From the human T2T-CHM13v2.0 reference genome, Homo sapiens, in assembly GCF_009914755.1 (NCBI RefSeq), contig NC_060925.1: 64,000 nucleotides of DNA, one strand, 5' to 3'. The notes beneath the pieces are model-generated. The model had not been told where the DNA came from and did not search any database. It saw only the letters and a program-made list of their open reading frames with translations. Every line of letters begins with the position of its first letter. The stretch's first letter is position 1. Position numbers and translations under genes: made by a program. Shown here in pieces: positions 1-15,654 of the stretch.

Positions 1-153
1 CGGGGGAAACGCAGGCGTCGGGCACAGAGTCGGCACCGGCGTCCCCAGCTCTGCCGAAGATCGCGGTCGGGTCTGGCCCGCGGGAGGGGCCCTGGCGCCG
101 GACCTGCTTCGGCCCTGCGTGGGCGGCCTCGCCGGGCTCTGCAGGAGCGACGC

Positions 154-291
154 GCGCCAAAAGGCGGCGGGAAGGAGGCGGGGCAGAGCGCGCCCGGGAC
201 CCCGACTTGGACGCGGCCAGCTGGAGAGGCGGAGCGCCGGGAGGAGACCTTGGCCCCGCCGCGACTCGGTGGCCCGCGCTGCCTTCCCGCG
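154..291. promoter_or_regulatory. E2F site cluster in P1 promoter
   Basis: GCGCCAAA 154-161 (rc TTTGGCGC), GGCGGGAA 166-173 (rc TTCCCGCC), TTCCCGCG 284-291. TAp73 is an established E2F1 target. Confidence 0.8.
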
Positions 292-359
292 CGCCGGGCT
301 AAAAAGGCGCTAACGCCCGCGGCCGCCTACTCCCCGCGGCGCCTCCCCTCCCCGCGCCC

Positions 360-365
360 ATATAA
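360..365 (+). promoter_or_regulatory. TATA box of P1 promoter
   Basis: ATATAA embedded in GC-rich DNA about 28 bp upstream of the inferred start near 389. Confidence 0.8.
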
Positions 366-388
366 CCCGCCTAGGGGCCGGGCAGCCC

Positions 389-514
389 GCCCTGCCTCCC
401 CGCCCGCGCACCCGCCCGGAGGCTCGCGCGCCCGCGAAGGGGACGCAGCGAAACCGGGGCCCGCGCCAGGCCAGCCGGGACGGACGCCGATGCCCGGGGC
501 TGCGACGGCTGCAG
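389..514 (+). other. TP73: TP73 exon 1 (5' UTR of TA isoforms; start position approximate, 389-438)
   Basis: Matches the known TAp73 mRNA 5' end (AGGGGACGCAGCGAAACC...GGCTGCAG); donor CAG|GTAGGA at 514/515. Confidence 0.92.
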
Positions 515-768
515 GTAGGAGGCCCAGGGCCGGGGGGCGGTTCGGCTCCGCGGGCGGGGGCTGGAGCGCAGCGCTGGGCAGGCACCTGGGCTCGCAGCTC
601 CGAAGCTGGGAGGTGAGGGGAGAGCGATCGGGGACGAGCTGGGACAAGGCGACACAGGGGCTCCCTCGGAGTTGGATCGGCCCCTGGGACTTGGCGCTCG
701 CGAGAGGCTGGAGCGGCCAGAGTCTAGCCTGCGAGGAGACGCGGGTCCTGCCCTCAGCGCCGGCCGCC

Positions 769-780
769 TTTGGCGCCAAA
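769..780. promoter_or_regulatory. Palindromic double E2F site in proximal intron 1
   Basis: Perfect 12-bp palindrome TTTGGCGCCAAA, reading TTTGGCGC on both strands. Confidence 0.75.
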
Positions 781-1761
781 GACAGCCCCGCAGGGGTTCC
801 GGGAGGGCCCTCCTCCTGCTGTCCCCTCTCCACCCCGGGCTCCGAGGGCCGTTGGGAGGGTAACCCCGGGAAGAGGCCGGGGTGCGGGGCGCGGGTGCAG
901 GTGGAAATCGCCAGCAAGCTCCTCCCCGCCCGCGCGCTCCCTCCGACCTGCAGGGCTGTGCCAATCCCGAGGCCTCAGCTTCCCTGAGGAGCCAGGGCCA
1001 GGCCCCCCTCTGGACAGGGAGAAGGATCTGGGCGGGGGCCTTGACCCATGGAGTTGGTTACTAAGCGGTTTCGATGGTTTCCCGAGGGACAGCTCCCTGT
1101 GGCTCTGAGTTTGTCTGTCGAGGGCTCCTGGCCTGTCTCCGGAGCGGTCCCAGGTAGAGAAAGCCCGTGAAGAAATGGCCCGGGCCGGCCTGGAGGGAGA
1201 CACCTCACGCCCCCTTAGCTCCTGGGCCGCCTCCTCCTGCAGCCCCTGCCTTTCCCGGGGCTTGGACTTGGGGAGCGATGATTACCTTTGCTCAGCTTGT
1301 ATTTTGGCCTGGACGCTAGGAGATAAGCCCATGTAGTATGCACACGTCTGCTACATAAACAGGGGACAGATAGACGATCTTCAACCAGCAAGGGTGCAGG
1401 GAAAAGCAATGCACCCCAAACTTCTGACCAGAGGTCATTTGCTTCCAAAGATGCTGCCATCTGTTTATTCACTGTCTGGACATTTGGAAATGGCTCAGGC
1501 TCATTAACACAATGCTTTGGTTTTTGTTGTTTTGTTTTTTGTTGCTGTCATTGCTGTTTATTTGTTCAGCCTTAGCTCTGGGGGAGGAGTAAACAAAGCG
1601 CGTGGCCTCTGGCACTTACTGAGCGCTGAGCCACCCCTCTTTGGATTTATTCGGGGAAAGATTAAAAAGCATTTCATTAAGAACAGGACACGGTGTTTGA
1701 AATGTTGCCATATATGAATGTATGCATTACGTATGTAGTTTTTAAAATAAGATAAAAAGTT

Positions 1762-2114
<353 letters not shown>

Positions 2115-2289
2115 TCAGAGGTAGCCTGGGGTGAACGGAAGGCGGACCTGAGCGGGGCTTGTCTATGCGCGGCGGCCACCAGAGAATGGCTTGGGATGTG
2201 AGCCCTGCCTTGCAGTCCTTCTCGTGAAAGCTACAGCGAACAGTAGCTGTCTCCAAATCCCGAAGGCCAGTCGCATGGAGAAGCTGGTC

Positions 2290-2510
2290 TGGCACAGTGG
2301 TTAATGGGGTAGTATGGAAGTCAGAATGCTGGGGTTCAAATCTCCTCTTCCCCATTTACTCCAGCAAGTCACTTAACCACTTGGAGCCTCAGGTTACCCA
2401 TCTGCAGAGTCGGGTAATAGTAGTTCCTGCCTCAGAGGCTTGGAGAACAGTCAGTGAGGTGCCGTCCGAAGGGCTTGGGAGAGTGCCTGGCACCCACTCA
2501 GTGTCCTCAC
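2290..2510 (+). mobile_element. MIR SINE
   Basis: Core CAAGTCACTTAACCACTTGGAGCCTCAGGTTACCCATCTG and 3' GTGCCTGGCAC. Confidence 0.75.
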
Positions 2511-2977
2511 ACATGATGGCTTCGGGTCCCAGGTGCTGTTCCAGAGCTGGGAGAGCCAGGAGCCCTGGGGAGAGACCCGGCTCCTTAGTATCTGGTAGGT
2601 ATCTCCAGGGCAGGAGGGATGGCAGTGAGGCAGGCATCTGCCCAAGGCGTGGGTGGAAGCTGATGGCATCTGTCAGAAGTATGCACTGGGGCAAGGATGC
2701 CTGGTTTAGTATTTATTTATAGGGCATGCCCCACCCAGGTCCAAGAATGGATTGATAACACTGAGCACGTGTGAAAGGCACGGCTAAAGTGGAGAGAAGA
2801 GAAGAGGCTGAGGGCCGAGAGAGGAGCCGCACACCCACTCCAGAACCCGGACGAGGCCCTGCCCTTGCCCAGCGGCGGTATTAACCCTGAGATTCCGAGC
2901 ACACCAAAGTGACATCGCGTACACGGTGAACCCTGTGTTTGCAAAAAGTCAGAAAAAGTCTTCAAAACATCCTTTAA

Positions 2978-3294
<317 letters not shown>

Positions 3295-3769
3295 TCATGT
3301 AACGAGCTGCCATTTTGCGGCTTGCCTTTGTTTTCCAGTGTGGGGAGGGCTAAGGCAACCTTTTAAGATATCTGTATGTTATTTCCTCGTGATTTTGCTT
3401 TAAAAGCAAAAAAGAAAAAAGCTGAGATGAGTTACTAAATGACAATAACGCCTACTTTTCTTTTGAATTCCCGTGTTATTTGTATCTGAATGTGGTGAAA
3501 GTTTTCTAAATGTAATGTTTTATCACCAGTAAGTAGGCTGAGTGATCACTTACTCCTACCAGTATTTAATACTTCCATGTTCTGCCCAGATTCCTTTAAC
3601 AAATACACAAAACACACTTGTAGCTGGCAACATCCACTCGTGTATAATGAAAACACACAATGGCTTTCTTAGAAGTTTGCCTTCTTAAGTGGGTTACACA
3701 GGATGCCTCGAAAATCCTTCTCTGTGGGTCGTGCAGAAGGTATTTTATTCTAAAAATTCCCTCTACTCA

Positions 3770-4063
3770 GCCGGGCGCAGTGGCTCACGCCTGTAATCCC
3801 AGCATTTTGGGAGGCTGAGGCGGGTGGATCACGAGGTCAGGAGATCAAGACCATCCTGGCTAACACGGTGAAACCCCGTCTCTACTAAAAATACAAAAAA
3901 TTAGTCGGGCGTGGTGCGGGCACCTGTAGTCCCAGCTACCCAGGAGGCTGAGGCAGGAGAATGGCGTGAACCCGGAAGGCGGAGCTTGCAGTGAGCTGAG
4001 ATCACGCACTACACTCCAGCCTGGGCGACAGAGCGAGACTGCGTCTCAAAAAAAAAAAAAAAA
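3770..4063 (+). mobile_element. AluY
   Basis: AluY diagnostic segments (ACCATCCTGGCTAACACGGTG, ATGGCGTGAACCCGG, GGAGCTTGCAG); TSD AAAAAT(T)CCCTCT(A/G)CTCA. Confidence 0.95.
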
Positions 4064-4376
4064 AATCCCTCTGCTCATTGGCGTTTGAGTGTAAGACAGC
4101 TTATACCAAAGTGGGCTCAGACAGACATATGCACATGTTTACAGACTTTCTGCCTGCCCCCTGGCAGTCCACTCTGTGCTCAGTATTTCTTTGCAGGCTA
4201 AACACTCGCTCATCCAAAGTGCTTTCTTTTCCTGGACAAGTTGCACATCACAGACCCAAAGAAGAAAAAGATAATCCAGCCCAACTCTTGTTTTTTAATG
4301 TTTCCTGTAATAACTCACATTTAGCCCATGGTGGCTGTGAGCTGGTACTTGGCTAAAAAGTTTACATTTTTTTCCC

Positions 4377-4512
4377 TGTAATCCCCACAATAGCCCGTTG
4401 AAGTAGATACTATAATTATGCCCATTTACAGATGAGGAAACTGAGGCTTCAACTGGCTATTCTACTTGCACAGGGTCACACAGCTGCAAAGTACGGGAGT
4501 GGGGACTCCAGC
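4377..4512 (-). mobile_element. MIR SINE
   Basis: CCCATTTACAGATGAGGAAACTGAGGC...GGTCACACAGCT. Confidence 0.8.
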
Positions 4513-4977
4513 TATGACCACGAAGCTGGGACTGGGGCTGCCAAACCATCCTTTGCCTGGGTCTGCCGTTGGCTCAGACACGGCCCCCAGACACCTAGGA
4601 CCGTGGAACATTCAGGCCGGAAGGGCCCTTCCAGAACATCTAAGCCAGGGGTAGAGAGTCCAGGGTGCTGTGAGCCTGGATGGGGAAAAATGGCACCTTG
4701 TATTAACCTCAAAGCAAATTTCAGCATTTCCTCTAGTTTTGAATGTAGGCAGCAAACTACAGTCATAGCAGTACCTGTGACCTCACCAGTGGGAACCACT
4801 GATATTTTCATGGTGTCCGGTAATAGCTGCAGCATCTTAAAAAGTGGTTTGTGCTTGTCGCTCCGTTGCAATTATGGCGGTGATTAGATCTGCTCTCAGG
4901 CTTACGACTTAATGTATGAACAAAGAAGCGCACATATGATCACCTCCCAGTTTTGCTTTTTAAATATTAGGGTCACT

Positions 4978-5420
4978 TTGTAAGTTTTCTCAGGCTGCTG
5001 TTACAAATGACCACAAATTAAGTGGCTGGAAACAATAGAGAGTGTTGTCTCACGGTTGTGGAGGCAGGAATCTGAAGCCAGGTGTGGGCAGGGTCGGGTT
5101 CCCTCGGAGGCTCTGAGAGGGGGCTCGCCTCCTGTCTCCCTCCTAGGATCTGGGGGCTGCCGGCCATCCTGTGGTTCCCAGGCATGCAGATGCACCACCC
5201 AGTCTCTGCCACCATCTTGCCATGGCCTTCTCCTCTGTGTCCCTGTGTGTCTCTCCTTTTTTGTCCCTTAGATGGACACCTGTCCTTGGATTTCGGGCCC
5301 ACCTGGAAAATCCAGAATGATCTTATCTTGAGACCCTTACCTAAGTGGCATCTGCAAAGACCCTGATTCCAAATAACATCCCATTCTGAGGCTCGTTCCC
5401 AGAGGCTGCATCCAACCCAC
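4978..5420 (-). mobile_element. MaLR solo LTR (MLT1B/C-like)
   Basis: GGCTGCTGTTACAAATGACCACAAATTAAGTGGC...TCTCACGGTTGTGGAGGC...ATCTGCAAAGACCCTGATTCCAAATAA, typical of MLT1 in reverse orientation. Confidence 0.8.
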
Positions 5421-6627
5421 TAGAGTGGCTATGTTTCAGTAACTCGTGATCCTGTGTATTTTGCTTCATGTATTTAAAACATTCTCCCGGACAAGGCGTC
5501 TGAGATTCCCCAGGCTGCCAGAGGGGCCATGGCGCAAACGGGGAAGAAACCTGGTCTAAGCCACGCCCCTCTTTTCAGGACGAGGATCTTGGAACCCGGA
5601 CACTGAAGGTCGGGGTTGGGCACAGCCGGGGATGGGCAGCCCCCCTCTCCCCCAGCACCTCCCGCCTGGCGCCTCCTCCACAGCCCCTGCATCCTGGAAA
5701 ACAGACTGTTCCACACACTCCAGCAGCAACTCTACCTGGGGACTGCTTGGGCCGCATAGCCCCCAGTTAGGGACAGAAACCAGAGGTATTGAACAAGAAG
5801 CCCCACCGGGAGAGGCGAGACCCGGGCCCCAGCCCTGGACCTGGCCGTGGGTGCTACAGAAGGTCGGGGGACATCGGTCTGCGCGGAAGGGTCTGGAGAG
5901 GCACCTCTCAGGGAGTTGGACAGAGAGGAGACGCCGTCCCAGTGGTGGCCTCCAGTGAGGCCTGGAGAGACCAGGTGGCAGGAAGGGCCCTGCTGGGGCC
6001 AGAGCAAGGGCACGGAAGGCAGGTCTCATGGAGCAGGGACCGTGGAGGGGACATGGGGGACACATTAGGGATGGACAGTGGCCGGAAGATTCCGTGGGCC
6101 TTGGAGATTAAATCGGGTTCCCCAAAGAGCAAGCTGTGGAGAGGGGAAGGGAAAGTTGCCTCCCTCTTCCCTACGGGGTTCTTGTCAATAAACGATTGAC
6201 AAAAGACAGACTCACAAGAGACAACAGTTTTAAGGCTGTGCCCCCGCCCGGAAGTGCCATAAAAACAGGAGACTCAGCAGTAACCAGATGGGAGCGGTGC
6301 AGATGTCCGTCCTCTGTGACAGAAAGGAAAGGGGGCCTGGGCTTCTGGGGAGCGGTAGAGACAAATGAGGAGAGGGTGAGGGAGGAAACGTCTGGGCATA
6401 AAGGCTGCCTCGTGGTGCAGCTATCAGTCTCATGGTGAGAAAATGCGTCTTGGCGCGCGGCTCTCTTCCTGGCACACAGACCATTACTAATGAAAATGCC
6501 CTTTATAGATGTCAATTTTCTTTAGAAAAGAGAGTTTTTTACTTTATTTTAGGGAGCTGAAGAGCTTTTTTTCTGTTGGCTGGTTCTCAGTTGCTTTTAG
6601 CTCAAAGTAATCAACATGTCAACATGG

Positions 6628-6893
6628 CATATTTTGGGGTGACGTATTCTGGTCTCCTACAGTCATATTTTGGGGTGACGTATTCTGGTCTCCTACAGTC
6701 ATATTTAGGGGTGGCGTATTCTGGTCTCCTACAGTCATATTTTGGGGTGGCGTATTCTGGTCTCCTACAGTCATATTTTGGGGTGGCGTATTCTGGTCTC
6801 CTACAGTCATATTTTGGGGTGACGTATTCTGGTCTCCTATAGTCATATTTAGGGGTGGCGTATTCTGGTCTCCTACAGTCATATTTTGGGGTG
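6628..6893. repeat. 36-bp minisatellite (CATATTTTGGGGTGRCGTATTCTGGTCTCCTACAGT) x7 plus partial, at LTR end
   Basis: Units start at 6628, 6664, 6700, 6736, 6772, 6808, 6844 and 6880. Confidence 0.97.
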
Positions 6894-7510
6894 ATGTGTC
6901 CTGAGCCCCATTGTTTCCTAGTCTGAAACTTCCCCAAGAAGCTCCACGGTACAGAAACTGGGTGGGTGTGTTGTCCCATAATGCTTTGAAGAGGCATTTC
7001 TATGGAAACAAAAGAAAAAAAAAAAAGCTAATCATTGGAGCTGACTAAAAACCAGTTTCTGAGCCTGGGGGCCGTGGCGGGGCAGGTTTGTAGATGTTGG
7101 GCTCGGAGCATCTTCTGCGGTTTGGTCTCTGGCGATGTCTGGGCGGCCCATGCAGCAACAGGCGTGAGGGTCCCTCGCACCTGGGCTTCGTGGTAATCTC
7201 GCTGATGAGTATTTCAAGTCGTCCAGCCTCAGTTTGCAGGATTTCTGGGCAAAGGGCAGTTTTGTTCTTCGTGATTCCAATAAGAACGGTGGGAGAAAAT
7301 TGAAAGTGTTAGTTTGGGAGTTGCAGCCAGACACTGGAGGAAACTAGAAACATCAGGAACCCGTCCAGTTTGTAGACATCAATAGATAACAAAACCCCAA
7401 AGACGTTAAACAGGACAAGAATCTAATATGGGGCGCACAATATGGCTTTCTACTGAAATATATGTTCTTTCTACATCACCCCTCTTTCTACTAAAAATAA
7501 TCTCAGTAAG

Positions 7511-7840
<330 letters not shown>

Positions 7841-9246
7841 TAAGTCTAGCCTCATTAAAATTGGCCTGATTATTTGCACAAGTGCAGCAAGAATAGTAAG
7901 TGGCCAGCTAGGCTTTCTTTAGGTCAGCTTTGCTGGAACTTTTAATAAATCTCAGGTTAGGCTTTCAAAAGCCTCTTGAGGCTAAGAAGTCAAGCCAAGG
8001 ACTTGATATCAGACTTCACCTGCAATACCTATAGATTTGGGTGGATTCCTCTTTCTCAAGGTTCCCAACGTATTCTTGAGAATTACTGCCAAAAAATCAC
8101 AGTCTTTCCTCAACCCGTGAGGCTGCAGAAGCCCTTTAATCCAGGTACAAGGGCAATTTTGTTTTCCTCCAACGGGTTTCATTGGCTCCATAAAGTCAAC
8201 CTTAGTTCCTTAAAGCTACTCACATCTGATTTTATGCACATCACTCTCAAATATGATATTCCGGTCAAACACTTGGTGAGCTAACCAACATTTCCAGTTG
8301 TTTCCTATTACAAGGCAGCAGATTCATCTTGAACTTAAGCAAATAACTCTATGGCCGTAAAAATAAAAATGCTAATAGTTTCTAAATTCTGGAGAGATCA
8401 GGTAGGGAGAAAAGTCATCATTTCAATTTTGCTTATAAAAGTGTAATGTACCAGAATGCTGTAAGTTATAAATAGTTTCTTCATTTACATTCTGGAAATT
8501 CTTGCCATCCAGTGGTGTGATCTTAATGTATCAGAAACCTGTACTGGTCAAAGTCTTCCCCATGAAATCTTCTCGAAGACACAACATTTTAGGATTATAG
8601 TTGCTTGCAAAAGCTTTCGGGAAAGCATCAGAGCCAAACAGTTAACTGTGTATGACAGAAAGGCTTAAAATGGCCTTGGCTAAAGATGTGATGACATCAT
8701 TACAATGTAACTGATGAGGAAGTTTGGTTATTCCTGTGGTGTATACTTTCACATAATAACTAGAATTACAACTAATATAGAATGTATCAGATTTCTAAGA
8801 ATTTCATATAATTTCTGGAACTCTTATATGAATATATATCCATGCAAATATAACTCACCCAGAGAAGGTTAATCATCACTTCATATTTTACAGTGCTTCC
8901 ATGCAAATTTAGTTGATCAAATAAGCCCAATTTATTTAATATCTTTTTATTTTATCTAAAACAATTTTCCCTTTAACATTGGCAAAATAATCTATGTTTT
9001 TATAAGGAGAGAAAATAAATCCTTTTGAGATATTCCAGGGGCCAATCTAGGAAATCCCAAACGTTAATTCAGGGTCAAAAAGACTTAATTTAGAGTGTGT
9101 GATTTTGGAAAGTTGTCAAAATGTCAAAAGGTTGAAAGCACTTGATTAAATAGAATCCCAGATCATTATGAAATAATACTTAATTCTCATTTAATCAAAG
9201 TAACAATGAAATATTCAAAGAGAAATGCAGAAAGTTAGATAGTTTA

Positions 9247-9530
<284 letters not shown>

Positions 9531-9532
9531 CT

Positions 9533-10009
<477 letters not shown>

Positions 10010-11029
10010 TCACCGGCTTCTGTTGGGGCCCCAGGATCCTGCAGCTGTGGCATCCACAGGGAGTAAGGCCAGCCACGGAGGTCCTTTCATGTCACCAAGC
10101 TGCAGGGGAGGAAAAGTGACATCAGACAGATCAACAGGAGAAAACCCATTTTAATGATATGTCCACGAATGGGAGTCCCACACGGAGATGAAACTGGGGG
10201 AAGGGGCCAGATGGCGGAGGCGTCTGCGTCATCCTCAGCTGCAGGAAGATACAGGACTGTGGGGCTGCTGCAGGCTGAACCAGCTATAGCAGGGGAGTTG
10301 ACTGGTGAATGAAGGTGGTTTCGTCACGCGGACATGCGTCTCTCAGGCGATCAGAGTTACCTGGAGCCGCTCTCCTCCCGGCATAGAGACCTTTACGAAT
10401 GGAAATGTCTTTCATTTCTCTCCCAGACAGGCAGCTGGGCAGAGCCACTCCTGTGTCTGCAGTTACTCGAAATAATGGATATACCCAAGGCATGTTTGGG
10501 GTGGCACATTCTGCCCCCTCAAGCCATGTTTTGGGGTGGGGTGGCGTGTCCTGAGCCCCAACCCAGGTGTCAGGGCTATGGAGGGGACATTGCAAGGGGG
10601 CCTAGAGGGGCCTCTATGGGCCTTGGAGATGGAATCAGCTCCCCACCAGGCCCCAGGACAGACCTGGCTGGGGAGCGCAGGGAGGGGTCCCCAGTGTGAG
10701 GACAGCATGGGGCTGCCTCTTCCAGCAGCTCCGAGCGCTCTCAGAGAAAAACGAAATTCTCTTTTATAAGAGAAACTTGTCTCTGGTCCCATGTGTTGCC
10801 CTTTGGGCACTGGCATGAGTAATCTGAGGGCGGCGCTTTCCTCACTGCAGTGGCATCATACAGATGAGGGCTTTGCTGATCATTATCTGGAAACAGTGAT
10901 CACTGTCCCATTCACAGATGGGGAGGCTGAAGCCTGGGAGATCAATTCATGCCACCAAGATCAGCTGCAGGCCGGGCCACCCATGCCTGAGGGGAGAAGG
11001 GGCCTCTCTTCTTCACGAGGCTGGTGGCT

Positions 11030-11790
<761 letters not shown>

Positions 11791-13485
11791 GTACCCTGGG
11801 GGTCGTGGCCGGCCCCCCTCCCTCCATGCCACAGGCTCTCTGGAGAGGCCACTGCTGTATCCCCACTGTGAGCTCGATCTGAGCTGCCTATGGGACCACA
11901 CCTGAGAACCCCCAAGGGTGGCACTGGCAGACTTGAGGTGCCCAAGTGAGGCTGGTGCAGCCCCTCTGCCCTGCCAGTCTGGGCACGGGCCCCTGGGCAT
12001 CGCGACTCCTACCTTCCTACCAGCCCAGATGCAGGGCCTGAGCCGGCAGGGCTTCCACCCAGCCCAGGGTGTGTCCCCCTACCAGAGGCGCTGCATTGGA
12101 TAGGAAGGACCCACCTGTTTCCCTGCCCAGTACCAGCTGGCAGGCCCCCCGTGGCTCAGGGTGCCTGTGAGGAGGGGTGGGGGCTCTAATTGCTCACCTG
12201 CTGCTCTGAGGTGTCAGGCAGGGTTGGGGGTGGCACCTGGGGAAGGCTGGGCTGAGGGGGCAGGCTGCCCCTCCTGCAGGAGAGGTGCAGTATTTCACTG
12301 GGTCCTTTGGAAAGGGCAGGGAAGCTCCTGCTCGCCCGTACTGCACCATTTCCTGTGATCTTAGCAATGACTTCCTGGCTCCATTTTCTCCACCAGTCCG
12401 AATACATGAGCCAGACCCGCAGCTTTCTCTTCCACAGCCTCCTGGCCTCCGGGTCCACCTGGGTGGTGCCCACCCGCCAGACTGGGGCCTGGTGGTTGTA
12501 GGGGACGGGGAGCAGCCTTGCTTCAGTGTGGGTCATTCCTGACTGTGAGATGGTTGGGGGGCAGGGGTTGTAGAGTCTGTGGGAGGCCTCGGCTGGGCCT
12601 CAGAGAGGGGTATCTCTTCTGCAGAAAACCCAGCCACCCTTACCAGATGCGGTCAGGCTACAAAGGGAAGATGTGCTCCCTCTTTAGAGGCAGGTGATTC
12701 CTGTGAATCCGATGACCGAGATAAGGTGCACGATTCAGTGGGCAAGGCAACTCACCATCCTCTCTTTATGGTCCTCGCAATTTGCACCATGCACAATGCA
12801 GGGTGAAGTCAGCCCCCAAATTACAGAGGAAAGACTCTGCGGTCTTTGTCAGTTAAACAGGAGATGCAAACTCCAAGCTAGTTAATGAGCTGTGATCGGC
12901 CACGCTCACGATTCAGTGCAGGTCTCTCCTTCCTGCTATCACAGTCTTTGCCGGCTGCATCATGACTACCAACCAGTCCCCTCATAATTACAAGAGTCTC
13001 CTGTCATGTTTTCTTCTGGAGCGAGGCATGCTCCAACTTGCTTCTGGGTTCTTAATTTTTGATCAGGGACGGCTCCTTGACTAATTATTTGGCAGTAATG
13101 AGGGAGGACAGATCGAGTTGTGAAAGTCCCCCCCAAGCTTTTAGAAGGAAGCTGCAAATTAAAAAATGAGGTATTGGTAAACAGGATGCTAATTGGATTA
13201 ATATGAAAATGATGAATTCTGATAAAAATAGCAAAATACACCGTTGTAAGATTGAGGCCAGTATAACTCCAAGAATTCATTGTCTAATGTTCAGCTGGTC
13301 AGTCTGGTCTTTGAAAGTATTAGAATAACAGAAAGAGTCTACTCTTGACGATGAAGTATACGGTTAGTAATTTATGCAAAACAGAACTTTAAAACCGGAA
13401 GGACTTGATATGAGTGGGGTGCATGGAAATCATTCGTATTTTGAAGTTTCATAACTCTGACCCCTAGGTCCTTTGGTTTGTCTCT

Positions 13486-14193
<708 letters not shown>

Positions 14194-14697
14194 ACACTAA
14201 TGAATGTAAAATCTTAAAATGGTGCCTGGTGCAGAGTAAGCTGTGTGTTGGTGGGGCGTAATTATGGGTCATATTGACAGTTTCACTTCTGCGGCATGCC
14301 CTCAGGAACTCACTGATGCACACAGAGGGACCTGCTGGCAAATACTGAAGAGCTGTGGGGAGAAAGGAAGGGGTCTGACAGTGAAGGTGGGTGCGTGGGC
14401 GGGGGGCTTTTAATGGTCCCTCTGCTGGCTCCCTCCCCACCACCTCCTGCCCACCTCCCTGGCCTTGGCTGCAGGCTAAGGTGCCCTTTGACCTCAAAGA
14501 GGCCTGTCCTGTGTGTCTCACTGAGCAGGAACAAACCGTCCCAGAAGCCCTTCAGCTCGGAAGTGAGTAAGCATTGGCGGTGGGGATGGTGCTCTGAGCA
14601 GACGCGACTCAGTGCCATGCGGGCGTCTCTCCCAGGGCGGCTTTCAGACTGACCCCCAAACAGAGGGCTCAGAAAAGATGTTTTTCAATGAGGGACA

Positions 14698-15244
14698 TTT
14701 ATGGTTGGCCAAAAAAAGTGGCTCCCCAAAGGTCTTCACGTCCCAATTCCCAGAACCCGTGTCTATGTTATTTCCCATGGCAAAGGGGACCGTGATTCAG
14801 CTATTTTGAGATGGGGAGGCCATCTGGCAGGATCCTGGTGGGTCCAGTGTCATCAGGGGGCCCCACAAGAGGGGTGAGAGAGGGAGCTGATGATGGAGGC
14901 AGAGGTTGGAGGGATGCATTTCAGAGATGGAGGAAAGTGTCACATGCCAAGGAATATGCCTCCGGAAGCAGGAGAGGACGGGGAGGTAGGGATTGTCCCA
15001 GGGCCTCCAGAACCAAGAGAAGACAGGGGAGTAGGGATTCTCCCAGGGCCCCCCAAAGACAGGAAGAGGGGGAAATGTATTCTCCCGGGGTCTCCAGAAG
15101 CAGCCAGCCCTGCCCGCAGTTTGGCTTTAGCTCCCTGGTACCCATCTCGGACTCTGACCTACAGAACTGTAAGAGAGTAAATTTATCTCATTCTGTGCTG
15201 CTCATTGTGTGGTCATTGGTTACGGCAGCCACAGAAAACAGACA
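14698..15244 (+). mobile_element. MaLR solo LTR (MLT1D-like) with internal ~40-bp triplication
   Basis: GGCTCCCCAAAGGTCTTCACGTCCCAATTCCCAGAACC...CTGACCTACAGAACTGTAAGAGAGTAAATTT...GTTACGGCAGCCACAGAAAACAGACA. Confidence 0.8.
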
Positions 15245-15303
15245 GTGCGCACATCCGCATGGTCCCCTCTCCAGCTCTTGCCTGATAGGCATAAACGAGG
15301 GCA

Positions 15304-15654
<351 letters not shown>

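Larger units (their letters stand above)
1..1280. promoter_or_regulatory. TP73: CpG island spanning TP73 P1 (TAp73) promoter, exon 1 and proximal intron 1
   Basis: Very GC- and CpG-dense sequence with GC boxes (e.g. GGGGCGGGG-like, CCCCGCCC); boundaries approximate. Confidence 0.93.

Noticed and set aside
1-300. Neighbouring divergent gene WRAP73
   Set aside because: Known to lie upstream of TP73 on the opposite strand, but no exon of it is recognisable inside this window.
250-987. 245-aa ORF and overlapping antisense ORFs over the promoter
   Set aside because: Stop-poor CpG island; starts at a non-ATG codon upstream of the TATA box and runs through the exon 1 donor.
2722-2731. Isolated perfect p53 half-sites (GGGCATGCCC here; others near 17558, 19909, 28334, 28406)
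   Set aside because: No adjacent second half-site; single decamers occur by chance in 64 kb.
6628-6893. CRISPR-like array (36-bp repeats; likewise the 24-, 35- and 45-bp arrays)
   Set aside because: Head-to-tail units with no unique spacers, no cas genes and a mammalian context.
7976-8284. ORFs in ERV internal region as gag/pol/env
   Set aside because: Short, with no retroviral motifs recognisable on either strand.
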